From the human T2T-CHM13v2.0 reference genome, Homo sapiens, in NCBI RefSeq assembly GCF_009914755.1, contig NC_060929.1: a DNA stretch of 64,000 nt. The stretch is one strand, 5' to 3'. Numbering within the stretch: the first letter of the stretch is position 1; each line of letters opens with the position of its first letter. A program made the position numbers and the translations under genes. The notes beneath the pieces are model-generated. The model made no database searches. It worked only from the letters and a program-made list of their open reading frames with translations, and was not told where the DNA came from. Shown in pieces: positions 63,634 to 64,000 of the stretch.

Positions 63634-64000
63634 GAACAATAGAACAATACTGGCAATAAATATTTTATGTTTTTATATGGTTGAAATTTTGGACCATATG
63701 AATGTACTAGTTGTTCAAAAATTTTAAATTTAAATAATAGTAATTGAAACTTAGATGACAAATTCTCCTCCATCACTCTGTCATCCCTGGTAGACAGCAC
63801 CTGTCATTCCCAACATCTTTCACCTGAGACTAACTAAACTCACAGACCCAACCACAGCACTCAAGGCAGGCACACCAGTCCAGAGAAGCTAGCACATGTT
63901 ATCCCACTGGCCATCCCTATTAGATAGTGTCATAACCTGGCTGGAGAGGAGCACTACAGATCATCTGGTCCCACCATGTTACAAGGATGAAAGAACCTAG

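Overview
Primate (human-type, Alu-rich) genomic DNA carrying two convergent protein-coding genes. On the + strand are 18 coding exons of LARP1 (14289-38059; the first exon lies upstream of the window) and a ~3.5 kb 3' UTR ending near 41570. The exons splice with GT-AG sites in consistent phase and give the C-terminal 951 aa: RG repeat, La motif, PAM2, ribosome-binding region and DM15. On the - strand is the complete 333-aa CDS of FAXDC2 (8 coding exons, 62144->44279), with its poly(A) signal at 42469-42474, about 0.9 kb from the LARP1 end. The annotated MIR378H locus lies in a FAXDC2 intron (53424-53506, +). The rest is intronic, with about 45 Alu/FLAM copies, Tigger, MER8, MER30, MER53, MER58 and MER5 DNA transposons, a THE1 solo LTR, L1/L2/MIR relics and a ~390 bp TA-rich tract. 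I found no new multi-gene system. The most notable local observations are: (1) an 86-bp templated insertion copied from 3 kb away into an Alu; (2) a fold-back template-switch hairpin inside a FLAM; (3) a stop-free, in-frame LARP1 intron; (4) candidate alternative N-terminal LARP1 exons in intron 1; (5) a CCAAT/YY1/double E-box palindrome cluster; (6) nearly abutting inverted Alus. Gene and repeat names come from recall of known sequences; no search was run.
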